From Epithemia pelagica (taxonomy: Eukaryota > Protista > Bacillariophyta): 64,000 nt of DNA. Position 1 is the stretch's first letter; each line of letters starts with the position of its first letter. Both the position numbers and the translations under genes were made by a program. The notes under the pieces were generated by a model. That model was not told the DNA's origin. It saw only the letters and a program-made list of their open reading frames with translations, and ran no database searches. Where the stretch lies: NCBI GenBank assembly GCA_946965045.2, contig OX337241.1:2294001-2358000 (forward strand), in the 5' to 3' direction. Positions 47,181 through 58,900 of this stretch are shown one piece after another.

Positions 47181-47696
47181 ATGTCTCTCTCGTCGCTGTT
47201 GGAAAAGAACTTGCCTGGAGGCAAAGAAATGGATGTTGAATCATCCTCGGTTGATATGACTGTGTTTACTCAAGATTCTCTCAACAAAGTTGGAAATCTC
47301 ACAATGACAAAACGAGGAGGAAAACGCCGTGTCGCTCGGACGGTTTCAAACAGTTCAAGCAAGAGTCTGGAGGATGCGCTGGGCGCCTTGAATGAATCTT
47401 GGACAAGCGTAGGAAGCGACAATGATAACATTGATGGTGCAACCTGTGCCTTAGCATCCATCGATTCAAGGGAGCACTACGTTTCTTCCAACCGCAAATC
47501 ACGTCGTGGCGGCAAACGGAACAAGGCCTCTCACACCAGTCCACTGTCACCCAAGATGGACAACACTCCTCGAACTCCAACGGTTGATTACGAGTCCAAG
47601 GGCCATGGAGGACGAAGGACGCGGAACATGTCTCTTAGGGAGAAGCTCGAAGCGGACGAGCATGCCTTCAATCCTCTCATGGACTGGGTGGAGTAA
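47181..47696 (+). CDS. Hypothetical Ser/Arg-rich protein (171 aa)
   Basis: Intact ATG-initiated ORF, plausible composition, no recognisable domain. Confidence 0.5.
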   Translation: MSLSSLLEKNLPGGKEMDVESSSVDMTVFTQDSLNKVGNLTMTKRGGKRRVARTVSNSSSKSLEDALGALNESWTSVGSDNDNIDGATCALASIDSREHYVSSNRKSRRGGKRNKASHTSPLSPKMDNTPRTPTVDYESKGHGGRRTRNMSLREKLEADEHAFNPLMDWVE

Positions 47697-48344
47697 GAGA
47701 AAAGGCCTGCCGTTTCTGAGGTTTGGAAGCACAACTTGCGATCGTCAAAAAATTACAGTTCCTCACTGCAGCAATCCATCTCTTATGGGTCATGGGATGG
47801 GTTTTTCATAACAAAGACGCTAAATTAGACATGTAAAGTTAACTATACGAACTTGCTACTATATCGTGGTATTTCATTCAAGTGATCATCGAGCTGAGTC
47901 ATCAGGTCGGTGGTTCTATGCCACAGATGCCGTATGTCGAAAAGTGCCAAACGCAAGACCAACAACCAATGTAGCAAAACCCTTGTCTTCTTCGCATACA
48001 AAGCGAGAAAGACCACTACAACATATGAATAGCAAACTAGCGTTATCAAAGGGCAAAGAAACGATTTAATTGACGCAGAAGAACGAGACTCGATTCCAAT
48101 CTGCTCCTCGGAGGTGTACAATAGGCGCGGAGGTTTCCCGCGAGGCACTTCATCCGGAAGCTCTGACCTATAACTTGACATCGACTCTGTATCGTCCCTC
48201 CATGACGACCGAGCCGAATTGGTCAATGGGGACCTCAGTCAATAAACTTATGTCCTCCAGAAATTGATTTACTTAAAACTAGGAGACCAACGATGTGCAT
48301 ACTCCCAAATCTCGCTGAGCCCAAGTGATGTTTACATCACAACA

Positions 48345-49472
48345 TTATAAACAATTGGCACCGGAACCAACAACAAGTGACTCTCGGTGGATAATCTCGT
48401 TGTTGGGACTACCGTGAACGGATATTTTCGGTTGTTGGTCGGGATTGCTTTGGTATTGACGATACGTCTGTTGGAGCAAAACAGGAGGACACTGTCTGAC
48501 AAGGAAGTAAATTGTCTCCAGGCTTAAATTACGGGCCGCCGCAAGGGTCAGTGGCGTCCATCCTTCTCGCGTTTTCGCGGTCAACGCAGAGGGATTCTGT
48601 TGTGTTAGATACTCAATCACATCAAAGGAATTTTGATAGTAGCACGCGCAATGCAAAGGAAGTTCGCTCGCACTTCCACCGGATTGCAACGCCCATGGAT
48701 TCTGTTCCACCAGCTCCTGAACCAATTCAAGAGAACATTGTGAACCAGAGCGGCATGCCAAATGCAACGGTAGCCATCTTCCTCGTTCTGTGTGCATTGA
48801 TAATGCCTCTGGAAACGCCTTGATCAATATTTGTATAGCCTTTGCCGAATGGTTTCGCCAGGCTGCAAAATGAAGAGGAAGGATTTCAAAGCCATTGCCG
48901 GTCGTTGCGGTTTTTTGTAAAGAGTTTGCTGGATCATTTTGGACCAAATAATCAATGACGCTCCAGTGCGAAGAATAAAGACATGCCAAATGCAATGGAA
49001 AGAGTCGATTGGAGTCCTCGGTCTGCAAGACACAAGGTCGCAACGCAATGACATTTTGTATCATCCTCAACAGCAAAGACCCACTCGTTTTGCAGTGCTT
49101 GTGTTGGATCATCAAATGACGGAGGAGATCATGAGCTCGCATATCCATCTCGGAGTGACGAGTTGTATCGGCGGGATGCTTTCTCTCACCAGAAGTTGTT
49201 CTGGGCCTTTCTGGACGATGCTCACCTTCGGCAGATGACGACTGTTTCATAGCAAACATTTGAAACAAAATCCAGGCAATGCAGAAGATCACGGTACACT
49301 CTGCCAAGCTCAAGGCTACTGTTCTTGAAAAGGGAAACTCTGGAATGTCGTACCCGTTGGATTCTTCGTGATTTCCGTCTTTAGCACAGGAATTGTCTTG
49401 ATAGTCATGCAAAGCAGTAATGGATGGATAGGCCAGATGAATCAAATGAGGATTCTCGTCCAGAAAGTCCAT
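48345..49472 (-). CDS. Ankyrin-repeat protein with one TM segment (~375 aa)
   Basis: Repeated LFPLHLAC, ILPLHFAA, WLPLHLAC, ELPLHCAC, WTPLTLAA units; TM VIFCIAWILFQMFAM; start placed at MDFLDENP (track ORF extends to 49949). Confidence 0.85.
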   Translation of the reverse strand: MDFLDENPHLIHLAYPSITALHDYQDNSCAKDGNHEESNGYDIPEFPFSRTVALSLAECTVIFCIAWILFQMFAMKQSSSAEGEHRPERPRTTSGERKHPADTTRHSEMDMRAHDLLRHLMIQHKHCKTSGSLLLRMIQNVIALRPCVLQTEDSNRLFPLHLACLYSSHWSVIDYLVQNDPANSLQKTATTGNGFEILPLHFAAWRNHSAKAIQILIKAFPEALSMHTERGRWLPLHLACRSGSQCSLELVQELVEQNPWALQSGGSASELPLHCACYYQNSFDVIEYLTQQNPSALTAKTREGWTPLTLAAARNLSLETIYFLVRQCPPVLLQQTYRQYQSNPDQQPKISVHGSPNNEIIHRESLVVGSGANCL

Positions 49473-50160
49473 CGTGTACAGAATGTGAGACTGTCTGTCA
49501 CGGGATGCTTTCAAGGAATGCAATGTCGATCTTTTCTTGTTGCTCTCTCGACTTTGCCACCAGAAGCAAGGGGGAATCGATTCAATTTTGTGAGACCGCT
49601 GCATCCAAGTTTTGTTTGAGACATCGGGAATCGGGACCGGCGCGGAGAGGGTAACAGTAGCACGCTTTCCTATAATTATTGCATCGGCACGCGACACCGG
49701 CCAGAATACGTACGACAGACATGCATTGATGGAAAAATATCTGTCGTTTTGATAATATGTAGAGAAAATCTCGATGGAAAATTGAAAATTTTGCCCCAGG
49801 CCCAGGCAGGACGTCATCGAGACAGAGTTTATGGATCCCGCCATACGTGTCACCACGTTCCATTCCCGGTTCGCGTTCTTGACACTGCGACATGAATCTT
49901 CCGCCATCTGGCTGTTCCTCCTCCAGTCATTTCTCGTCGCACGTGGCACTGTGGATTCCTCATTTCCCCTAATTCCTCGTAATTCCTAAAGATCACAATT
50001 TTTATACCGTGTTATTTTACATGGGTATGGCACTCTGATCAGAAGCTCGAAAACTTCCCCCAACACTCTTTCACCATAACCACCTGCCGTTCTTTGGCCG
50101 ATCCTCGTTGATCTTATCATCCTTTGATTCCTTTCCTTTTCTTTCTTTTGCAGTCTCATC

Positions 50161-53100
50161 ATGAGCACAGGATCTTCCCTCGTCTCCCTTGCGGATGTTC
50201 AACGCTTCCAAAAGCGCTTCGATCAAGCCTCGGCTTCAGATTCTTCCTCTGCTCTTTCCACCCTCAAGTTGAAAGACGACGACGATGACAAGTACTACGT
50301 CCGTCTCTTGCCATTCCGAGATGGCGTGGATGAAGAGCCCTCGAATCTCTTCCTGTGGGTCCTCCATTTTGTTGACAAGGTCAAGATCTCCGGTCATCCA
50401 GAGCCCTTTGCTGCCTGCTGCACCTACTTTCCCCGTGTTACCACAAGTCTCGTAGCGGACAAGTTCCATGATGCATTCCAGGCTTTGCCTGATGGCGCCG
50501 ACCTCGATGAGGCGTGTTTCAAACGGTTGATTGCTATGATCTTCGAACCCAAGTTGACGGTTTCCGAAGTCAATGCCTTTCGGGCACACCTTCTTAGCGG
50601 TCCTCGCAAGCCACCTGATATGAACGTGGATATCCATTATCACACCCTCCAGAAGATTTCCAACGGTCTCCGTTACTTGTCCAACGACAACGCTGTCCAA
50701 GCCCTCACTGACGATGAGTTGAAGCAAGCCTTCTATCTCGGCTCCCCTGTTGCTTGGCGCAACGAGTTCAAGACGGCCAATCCCTTGGTTGCAGATTTGG
50801 TGAATCATTTCAACATCACCGACCTTCTTCATGCGATGCGTGGCTATCAAAAGGTCTCCCAAGAAAAGATGGCTGCCAATGCACAGTCCCAGGCCAAGTC
50901 CCGCAATCCTCGCAATGATTCCACTTCTCGCGGTTCCACGAAGCGTTTTCGCTCCTCTAATGGTGGCCGTGGCGGTCTCCGCGGCGGCAATCGCCAGTCC
51001 AATGGTGGACGCCAAGCGTCCGGTGACCGTCCCGTCAATGACGGCGATGCCTGTCCTTACAAGGACGCGATTCCTTCGCACGCCAATCATACTTGGGCCA
51101 ACTGCATCTACAACCCGCAGTCCTCCAATTTTAACCAAGAGCGTTTCAACGCCTTTCTTGCCCGTACCGGGTCTGGTCTTCGTACCCCTACTGGGTCTCA
51201 TCCCAACAATGGTTCTCAGAACCAAGGCCGTAACGGCCAAGGCTCTCGTAGCCAGGGAACTCCCTCGTCTGGAGGATTGCGCCCTATTGGTTCCAGTTGG
51301 GGCGCTGTTCCCCGTCGTTCTGGATCTGGCTCAGACCAGCATGCCTCTGAAGGCACCAGCACAGGCGACAATCCACCGGTTGATCCGTCGTTGGCCGAGC
51401 CGTTGCCTTCTGTGCAAGACGCGGCTTATTGTGCTCGTCAACGCCCTCTCACTGATATCCGTGATTGGTCAAGTCTCCGCAATGCCGATCGAACGGTCCC
51501 CGGTATGTGTTCTTCTTCCTTTTTTACCTCATCCTCTCCGGATATTTCTCATCATCTTGATGTTCTTTTTGCTCAGCAATGTCACATCCAGACTGGCCCT
51601 CCACAGGCTATGCCGGCCGAGAATGCCATCCTCAGGCCCCAATTCTCGAGGTCCGCGAACAATTGTACAAGATCTACGGGCGTAACATGGACATCGCCCA
51701 CATCTACGACTTGTCCTCCCCTGGAGGCAACGACGAATACTGTCGCTTCCCCTTGTCTTAATCCTACGGATGCTGTCATCGCTGACATCGTTGATCCCAA
51801 TAATGGTTTTTTATCTAACCTAGATCACTATGAAGATGTCTACTCATCTAGTTCTGTCTCTGACGCTCCTAGTTTATCTAGTCCCCTTTCGGTCGCTCCC
51901 TCTGAGCCTCCGTCTGTTCCCCTCACCATTTTGATGGCTCGGTCCATTGGTGGAGTCGAGAACACCGTCCCGTTGCGTGCCCTGCTCGATTCAGGCGCCG
52001 ACAAAACGATCCTGCACGCGCGCTGTCTTCAGCCCGGCATGCATCCACGTGTAACCAATCGGTCTGTCAATACCACCAACACCCCGGCTGTTAACCATGG
52101 TGGCAAGATTGCCCAGATTTTTGTTGGTCGTGATACTTTGGTTACTGACATTTATGGTATCAAGTCTACCAAGCAATTCGTCAATACCCTCCAGGATAAC
52201 ATTCGTACACGTGGTGTCATGGAGACTTTGATCAGTGATGGTGGTTCGTCACTTATTTCTCACAAGGTCAAGGATATTCTTCGCACCCTTCTGATTGGTG
52301 AATACCGTTCCGAGCCCTATCATCAACACCAGAACAAAGCTGAGAACCGCTACCAGACCGTTAAGCGTATGACCAACGCTATCATGAATGCCTCTGGCTG
52401 CCCTGCTTCTGCATGGTTACTTTGTTTAGAATATGTGTGTGACCTCCTCAATCACACTTCCTCTCCCACCCACTCTGGCCGCACCCCTCTTGAGGCTCTT
52501 ACCGGTACCCCACCCGACATTACCCATCTCCTTTTCTTTCCTTTCTGGGATGAGGTCTACTATCGTGTCGACCCTTCTGAACCTACCTCCGGTTCTTACC
52601 CTTCGTCTCCCGACGAGAAGCTTGGCCACTGGGTTGGTTTTGCCCACAATGTTGGTGATGCCTTTACTTGGAAGATCCTCACTGCCGACAACGTCATCAT
52701 CTATCGTTCCGCTGTCCGTCGCGTTGCCTCCACTACCCCCAACCTTCGTGTGGATATCTCTTCAGGGGAGGAGTCGCCGCATAAACCCACTGACAAGCAA
52801 GGTGACACTGTCTTTATTCGCAGCAGAAGTGAAGACCCATCCACACCTATGCCAACAATTGACTATGACGATTTAGTTGGACGCACATTCCTTTGTGACA
52901 CTGAAGAGAATGGGGAGCGCCACCGAGCACGAGTAATCAAACGAGTTGTCGACCTGGAACAAGATGCAACCAAACAAGAAGATCGACTCAAATACATCTT
53001 TCGCAAGTCTAACTCCAATGTTGATGAGATGATCTCCTACAACCAGCTCATGGAATACATTGAAAGGGATAATCAAGCCCAAACGACAGGGGATAGTCTC

Positions 53101-55149
53101 TTCCGATTCAGAGACGTTATTGCACACCAAGGACCTTTGAACTCAAGCGACCCAGACTATAAAGGGAGTAAATATAATGTCCTTGTTGATTGGGAGACTG
53201 GGGAGACGACATACGAACCTCTATCTCTTATTGCAAATGATGACCCCATCACAGTCGCCATCTATGCCAAGAAAAATGGTTTGCTGGATCTACCTGGATG
53301 GAAACATCTCAAGCGATACGTCAAGACAAGCAAAAGACTCATTCGAGCAGCTAAACAATCCAGGATCAAACAAGTTCGTCGCTCTATCAAGTACAAGTTT
53401 GGTTTCCAAGTACCTCGCACCTATGAAGAAGCAGTGGAACTAGACAAGCAGTTTGGGAACACGAAATGGCAAGACGCAACAGAATTGGAACTCTCACAGA
53501 TCCAATCGTATAACACTTTCAAGAACCATGGAAAAGCCAAGTTCATTAATGGGAAATTGGCCAATGCACCAGAAGGATATCATAAGATAAGAGTACATCT
53601 GGTCTTTGATGTCAAGCATGACGGAAGGCACAAGGCACGACTTGTCGCAGATGGACATCTTACCAAGGAACCCGTTGAGACCATCTATTCAGGGGTTGTC
53701 TCCATTTGCAACCTTCGCATTGCCATATTTCTTGGAACCATGAACGACATGGAAATATGGGGAGCAGATATTGGGAACGCATACCTAGAAGCATTGACAG
53801 GAGAGAAGATTTTCATCATTGCAGGACCAGAGTTCAAGGAGTTAGAAGGACATATCTTGATCATCTACAAGGCATTATATGGTCTCAAATCCTCAGGTGC
53901 TCGCTGGCATGACAAACTGTTTGATGTTCTCATTGATATGGGATTTTCTCCAAGCAAGGCTGACCCTGATATTTGGATGAAGAAGGCTCCTGGAGAAGAC
54001 TGTTATGAATATATCGCTGTATATGTTGATGACTTAGCTATCGTTGCCATGGACCCTGAAGCTGTCTGCAAGATCTTTACAGAAAAATACAACTTCAAAC
54101 TCAAAGGAGTCGGACCTATCGAGTATCATTTGGGGTGTCGTTATACCAAAGATCCAGACGGTACACTTGTGTCTGACCCACGAAGGTACATCGAGAAGAT
54201 GATGGATACCTATGAACGATTGTTCAATGAGAAACCCAAGAAAGCAAAGCCGCCAGTCATTGCTAACGATCATCCTGAACTCGATGACTCTGAGCTCTTA
54301 GATGAAGAAGGGACCCAGCATTTCCAGACTCTTATTGGACAACTGCAATGGCTAATTACCATTGGCCGTTTTGATGTCTTTCCTGCTACCATGACTCTAT
54401 CAAGGTTCAGAGCTGCTCCAAGGATTGGTCATTTGAAGCGAGCTAAGCGCATCTATGGATACCTCATGTCATTTCCTGATGGGTCTATCAGATTCCGCAC
54501 TGGGGAGCCAGATTTATCAGCTTTACCTATCCAAGAATACGATTGGAGTCGTACTGTATACATGGACGCCAAGGAACGTATCCCTGAGGACTGTCCAACC
54601 CCACTTGGGCGTTTTGTGACAACTATACATTATGTCGACGCAAATCTCATGCATGATATTGTTACTGGGAAAGCAGTTACAGCCATCCTGCATTTTGTAA
54701 ATGGTACACCCGTGGACTGGTACAGTAAGCGACAAGCCACAGTGGAAACAGCCACGTATGGATCTGAATTTGTTGCCGCAAGGACTGCAGTTGATCAGAT
54801 CACGGAGCTACGCCTTACACTCCGATACTTGGGAGTCTTTCTGCGAGAGAAGAGTTACATGTTTGGAGATAACCGCTCTGTTGTTATCAATAGCACCACA
54901 CCACACTCAATCATCTCCAAGAGGCACCATCTCCTATCCTATCACCGAGTCCGTGAAGCTATCGCTGCAAAGTACGTCGCATTCTACTGGAAAGATGGAA
55001 AGACAAACCCAGCTGATATCCTCAGTAAACATTGGGAATTCGCCGCAGTTTGGCCCATGCTCAGATCTTTGTTATTCTGGAGAGGAAAAATCCAGGAAAG
55101 TGATGAGGGAATTGACAATCCTCATTCGACGAATTGTGGGGAGTGTTAG
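50161..55149 (+). CDS. Copia gag-pol polyprotein (gag, protease, partial integrase, RT, RNase H)
   Basis: ALLDSGA (protease), LISDGG and NKAENRY (integrase D and E), KARLVADG, ALYGLKSSG, YVDDLAI (RT), VDANL, GSEFVAA, FGDNRSV, NPADILSK (RNase H). Confidence 0.93.
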   Translation: MSTGSSLVSLADVQRFQKRFDQASASDSSSALSTLKLKDDDDDKYYVRLLPFRDGVDEEPSNLFLWVLHFVDKVKISGHPEPFAACCTYFPRVTTSLVADKFHDAFQALPDGADLDEACFKRLIAMIFEPKLTVSEVNAFRAHLLSGPRKPPDMNVDIHYHTLQKISNGLRYLSNDNAVQALTDDELKQAFYLGSPVAWRNEFKTANPLVADLVNHFNITDLLHAMRGYQKVSQEKMAANAQSQAKSRNPRNDSTSRGSTKRFRSSNGGRGGLRGGNRQSNGGRQASGDRPVNDGDACPYKDAIPSHANHTWANCIYNPQSSNFNQERFNAFLARTGSGLRTPTGSHPNNGSQNQGRNGQGSRSQGTPSSGGLRPIGSSWGAVPRRSGSGSDQHASEGTSTGDNPPVDPSLAEPLPSVQDAAYCARQRPLTDIRDWSSLRNADRTVPGMCSSSFFTSSSPDISHHLDVLFAQQCHIQTGPPQAMPAENAILRPQFSRSANNCTRSTGVTWTSPTSTTCPPLEATTNTVASPCLNPTDAVIADIVDPNNGFLSNLDHYEDVYSSSSVSDAPSLSSPLSVAPSEPPSVPLTILMARSIGGVENTVPLRALLDSGADKTILHARCLQPGMHPRVTNRSVNTTNTPAVNHGGKIAQIFVGRDTLVTDIYGIKSTKQFVNTLQDNIRTRGVMETLISDGGSSLISHKVKDILRTLLIGEYRSEPYHQHQNKAENRYQTVKRMTNAIMNASGCPASAWLLCLEYVCDLLNHTSSPTHSGRTPLEALTGTPPDITHLLFFPFWDEVYYRVDPSEPTSGSYPSSPDEKLGHWVGFAHNVGDAFTWKILTADNVIIYRSAVRRVASTTPNLRVDISSGEESPHKPTDKQGDTVFIRSRSEDPSTPMPTIDYDDLVGRTFLCDTEENGERHRARVIKRVVDLEQDATKQEDRLKYIFRKSNSNVDEMISYNQLMEYIERDNQAQTTGDSLFRFRDVIAHQGPLNSSDPDYKGSKYNVLVDWETGETTYEPLSLIANDDPITVAIYAKKNGLLDLPGWKHLKRYVKTSKRLIRAAKQSRIKQVRRSIKYKFGFQVPRTYEEAVELDKQFGNTKWQDATELELSQIQSYNTFKNHGKAKFINGKLANAPEGYHKIRVHLVFDVKHDGRHKARLVADGHLTKEPVETIYSGVVSICNLRIAIFLGTMNDMEIWGADIGNAYLEALTGEKIFIIAGPEFKELEGHILIIYKALYGLKSSGARWHDKLFDVLIDMGFSPSKADPDIWMKKAPGEDCYEYIAVYVDDLAIVAMDPEAVCKIFTEKYNFKLKGVGPIEYHLGCRYTKDPDGTLVSDPRRYIEKMMDTYERLFNEKPKKAKPPVIANDHPELDDSELLDEEGTQHFQTLIGQLQWLITIGRFDVFPATMTLSRFRAAPRIGHLKRAKRIYGYLMSFPDGSIRFRTGEPDLSALPIQEYDWSRTVYMDAKERIPEDCPTPLGRFVTTIHYVDANLMHDIVTGKAVTAILHFVNGTPVDWYSKRQATVETATYGSEFVAARTAVDQITELRLTLRYLGVFLREKSYMFGDNRSVVINSTTPHSIISKRHHLLSYHRVREAIAAKYVAFYWKDGKTNPADILSKHWEFAAVWPMLRSLLFWRGKIQESDEGIDNPHSTNCGEC

Positions 55150-55901
55150 GATTCTCACCGAAAACTAGGTGGCGAAACCTACAACTCATCGAATGATGCT
55201 AGTATTTTATGGCATCCGATGACATTTTCCTAAAAGTGAGAAAAGAATGTCGGCATGCTCGCGAAACTATAAATTTGGCCACGGCATGCTCGCAGTGCAC
55301 GCGTTATCGGCGACCGCTCGGATATTAACTATGGCCCAACACGTGCGCGCCCAAAACTATCAAGTGCGCGCCTCTACTATCCGAGTACGCGCATCCACGA
55401 TTCGACCTAACGGTCTATGTAATCAAAGCACGAATCACGATCACGCGAGACCATATCTCTGTTCCCACAAATCCAAGAATGCAAACAGCAACGCGCCCAG
55501 GACAAGACTTATACCACGACAAAGCAAGAGCTGTTGCATCCCATACATGTTATCCATCACCCTATACATTCAATATACACCAATGCCGGTCCACTCCAAC
55601 CAGTGAGGACCTATCACACCAGATCCATGGCCGTATGCAAGAGCCAGGACTTCGGCACCGTCAACCACCTTAGTTAGTAATCGTCTCACAATCATTAATA
55701 TCACCATTTTAACACTCATCTTAAGACTAACCTCTTATCAGTGGACCGACTGCCCCCACCCACGGCGGACTTCGACTTGCAACTCTTCTCTGACCCGTGG
55801 AGGATTGTTGTATCGGTTGGTGATTCGATTGTCGGCTCAGCGAGCCTTTTACCTATCCTAACTATCTGTCTAACCCCTGTTGAATCGAGAGAAGTTTATC
55901 A
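55144..55901 (+). repeat. Probable 3' LTR (TG...CA); end uncertain (55714 TAACA, 55740 or 55901 TATCA)
   Basis: Starts TGTTA directly after the PPT; the CA at 55900-55901 coincides with the point where the neighbouring element's pol is cut; contains three imperfect 21-bp repeats at 55343-55405. Confidence 0.6.
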
Positions 55902-58900
55902 CGACCCAACCACTTGACTGCTTCGCCATGTTCCTTGCGCGGGTCCGAGCAAAAGCGTGCGCATTGGTGAGTCGCGTAGGCTATGTCGCTTCGTGATCCC
56001 GCTTCCAAGTAATTTAGCATTCCCACCACCGAGCGATAGTTGAAGTGGTTGTCGAATGGTGCCGAGTCGGTGTGGCGCTTTAGGAGCTTTGATGACGCCG
56101 CTGGAACATCCTTTGGTTTCACCGTTTTTCCATCCAATCGCAGTGCGGATAGCACCTTGTCAATTAGGTGCGGTTGTGTGAATTCGATGGTCCCATCCTT
56201 TTGCTTTTCGATGTTGACTCCCAAGAAATCTTTGATTGTTCCTTCGACCGTGATGTTTAGCCCGGCGTCTTGGATTTCCTTGATCACTTGGTTGATCTCC
56301 TCTTGGTCTGGTCCAGTGATTATGGAATCATCCGTATAAAGCACGTAGACGGTGTTCCCTTTGTAGAAGACACACTCATCGATGCGCGACTTGGTGAATC
56401 CCACATCTTCGACCAATCGTTTAGATAGGTATTGATACCATACTCGTCCTGCTTGCTTCTGGCCATATAGGTTGGCGTGGAGTTTGAACGCGTAGTCGCG
56501 CTTATCCTTCCCATCCGCGAGCTCGTATCCTCGCGGGATTTCCATGTAGACTTCGCGTTCGACTGGCGCTTGAGGGTACGCCAGGACGTAGTCTATTTGC
56601 GTTGTATGCCAGTTGTTGGCGGCTACCAGCGCCAAGACGAGTCGGATGGATGCCCATGATGCGACTGGCGCATACGTTTGGTCGTAGTGTTTCCCTTTTT
56701 CCATTCGGGATCCATCGAAGTTGAGACGTGCTTTGTGTTTCTTAATCTCCCTCGTTTTGATGTCTCTCTTCCTTCGCATCTGCCATACTCCTGGGAATAT
56801 CTTTTCTCCCTTTGGTATTTTGCTGCGGTGGATGAGTGAGAAATTGCCGTCAGTGAATTGTCGGTCCATTTCCTGTTGCATCCCATCCATGAAGCGTTCC
56901 GCATCGGGTTCCTTCATTGCTTCATGATGGTACATGGTGTCGGGATCCGATGCCGCTGCTTTGAATGCATGGAATGGGTCGCCAAGCAGATCGGAGTCGT
57001 CCGTTGGGAACATCGTCTCCAGACAGAACAATTCACCGTCTACTGTATGATTGTTGCTCTTGGTGTTGGTCGTTGTTTCAGCCATCATGATTTCTATGAG
57101 CCTCTGTACGGGCTTGACGATCCTGCCGAACCTTGATCGTTGTGGTGGAGTTGACTCAGTGGGAGTACTACCGCCATGCTCCCTCTGGCCCTCATTTCCA
57201 CTTGTTTCTCGTTGTTGTTGTCGGCTAGCCGAGCCCTCACCCTGTGCGTACGGCGTCCCGGTTTCCTCGCTGGGTTCTTGGCCGTCCTCTGTTGGGACCG
57301 TTGGCGGGTCATCATTTGTTTGCGCATTGGTGCGATCCTCCCTTTGGGGATCATTGGCTGGATCGTTACTTGGTTTGTGGATCCTTATTCTCTTGTTCCT
57401 TTGCTTTGGTGGACCCTTTGTCTCTCCCTCTGGCTCTGGCGTACGGTGGACGCTCGCTTTACTTGGTGCACTGGTAAAGTGCGTCTTGTACTGCCAGTGG
57501 GACTCCAGATTCTCCTGTCTGGTGGAATCGAATGCCTTGTCAAATTTCACGTGGAACTGCGGGCTGACATGCCCCGTGAATCTGCTGAGGACCAAGGCGA
57601 CGTTCCGGTTGTGAATCGGTGATTGGCCAAGATAAATCCCGACCTTTGCCCTATGCTTCCATTTGTGGAAGGGCTTATTCCCTTGTAATGCCTCGTCCAG
57701 GACGTACACTGGGCAGCCGAATGGCTTCCAGTGCTTCCTGTTGATGTTCACTGGTGTTTTGCTAAACAACTGCAGTGGAGACATTTTGTTGGGTTGTTGC
57801 ATATTTGGTGCTGCATTGATACAGTCATTGGCGTGACGTATTGCGTATGGCCATAAATTAGCAGTGATAGCGTTTGGCCATCTCCTGTTGGCGTGTATTA
57901 GCATGGTTCTCGCCATGTCCTGTAGTTCTCTGATTCGTCGTTCTGCCTTGCCGTTGGTGTGATGTGCGCCAACTCCTGCAAAGGTCAGTGGTTGGTTTTG
58001 GTTGTTGCAGGCTTCTACCCATGCTTTGGCCTTAAAGATACCATTGTCCGCATGGTATGCCGCTATCGTTACTCCTCTAGCCATCGCGTACCTCTCGAAT
58101 GCTCTCTTTCCTTCGAGTGTTTCCTTCGCGTTGGATGATTTTTGGAGGTAGACGAATCCCAGTCCCGTCGCTTGGTCGACATAAACTGTCGCATACTTGT
58201 ACTGTTCTCTAGTTATGAATCCGGTCATCTGTGCTACCAGACCGGGTGTCGGTGATTCCATTTGGTCAACTGACACCACTGCTCCTGGTCTGTTGTTTGG
58301 TCGCTCCGCTTCGCGGTCGCGTACATTGCGTGAGCGCCATGGGCGTTTGGTCGCTCTAGCGTACTGACATGCAGAGCACACTGGCACCTTGCATTTTGCC
58401 AGCTTTGAGGGAAGGACACCATCCCTCGCCATTCTCTGGAGTTTGGTAAAAGGTAAGTGGCCAAAATCGTAATGGCATTGAAGCAATTCCGCTGTTGGTG
58501 TTGGCAACCTTTCCTCTTCATCTATGATGATATTGGGAGCCGGTTCCTCCAACTCGGTTGTTTGTTTTCCGTTCAGATCGAACTCACGGGGTTTGTCGTT
58601 TTGCTCGTTTTCTTCTGGCCATTCGTTTGGCTCATCCGAGCGTTCCTCTCCCATATCATCGTTGATTGATGCCTCGTCGTCCGATATGACCGCTGTCGCA
58701 TCGACTTGAAGCTCGTCTATGATGATTGGGTCTCGATCGTCTTCCTGGTTCCCAGTGTTCGTCTCTTGGCAGTATCGATGGTACGATTCGTAACCATTTG
58801 AGAGCGCGAACGTGGCGACGTTGGTTTGGCTGCGGTTCAATGGGACTGTGCGTTTGCACTCCCTCTTGTTCCAGAACATGGTGACATGTTGGGCAGTTGT

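Larger units (their letters stand above)
49950..55901 (+). mobile_element. Ty1/copia (CoDi-like) LTR retrotransposon, internally deleted; left boundary approximate
   Basis: Single gag-pol ORF 50161-55149; polypurine GGGGAG followed by TGTTAGG at 55144; no matching 5' LTR visible. Confidence 0.85.

Noticed and set aside
50236-51685. Long antisense and alternative-frame ORFs over gag (334 aa, 284 aa) and similar shadow ORFs over other genes
   Set aside because: They overlap well-supported CDSs, have no motifs, and are explained by codon bias.
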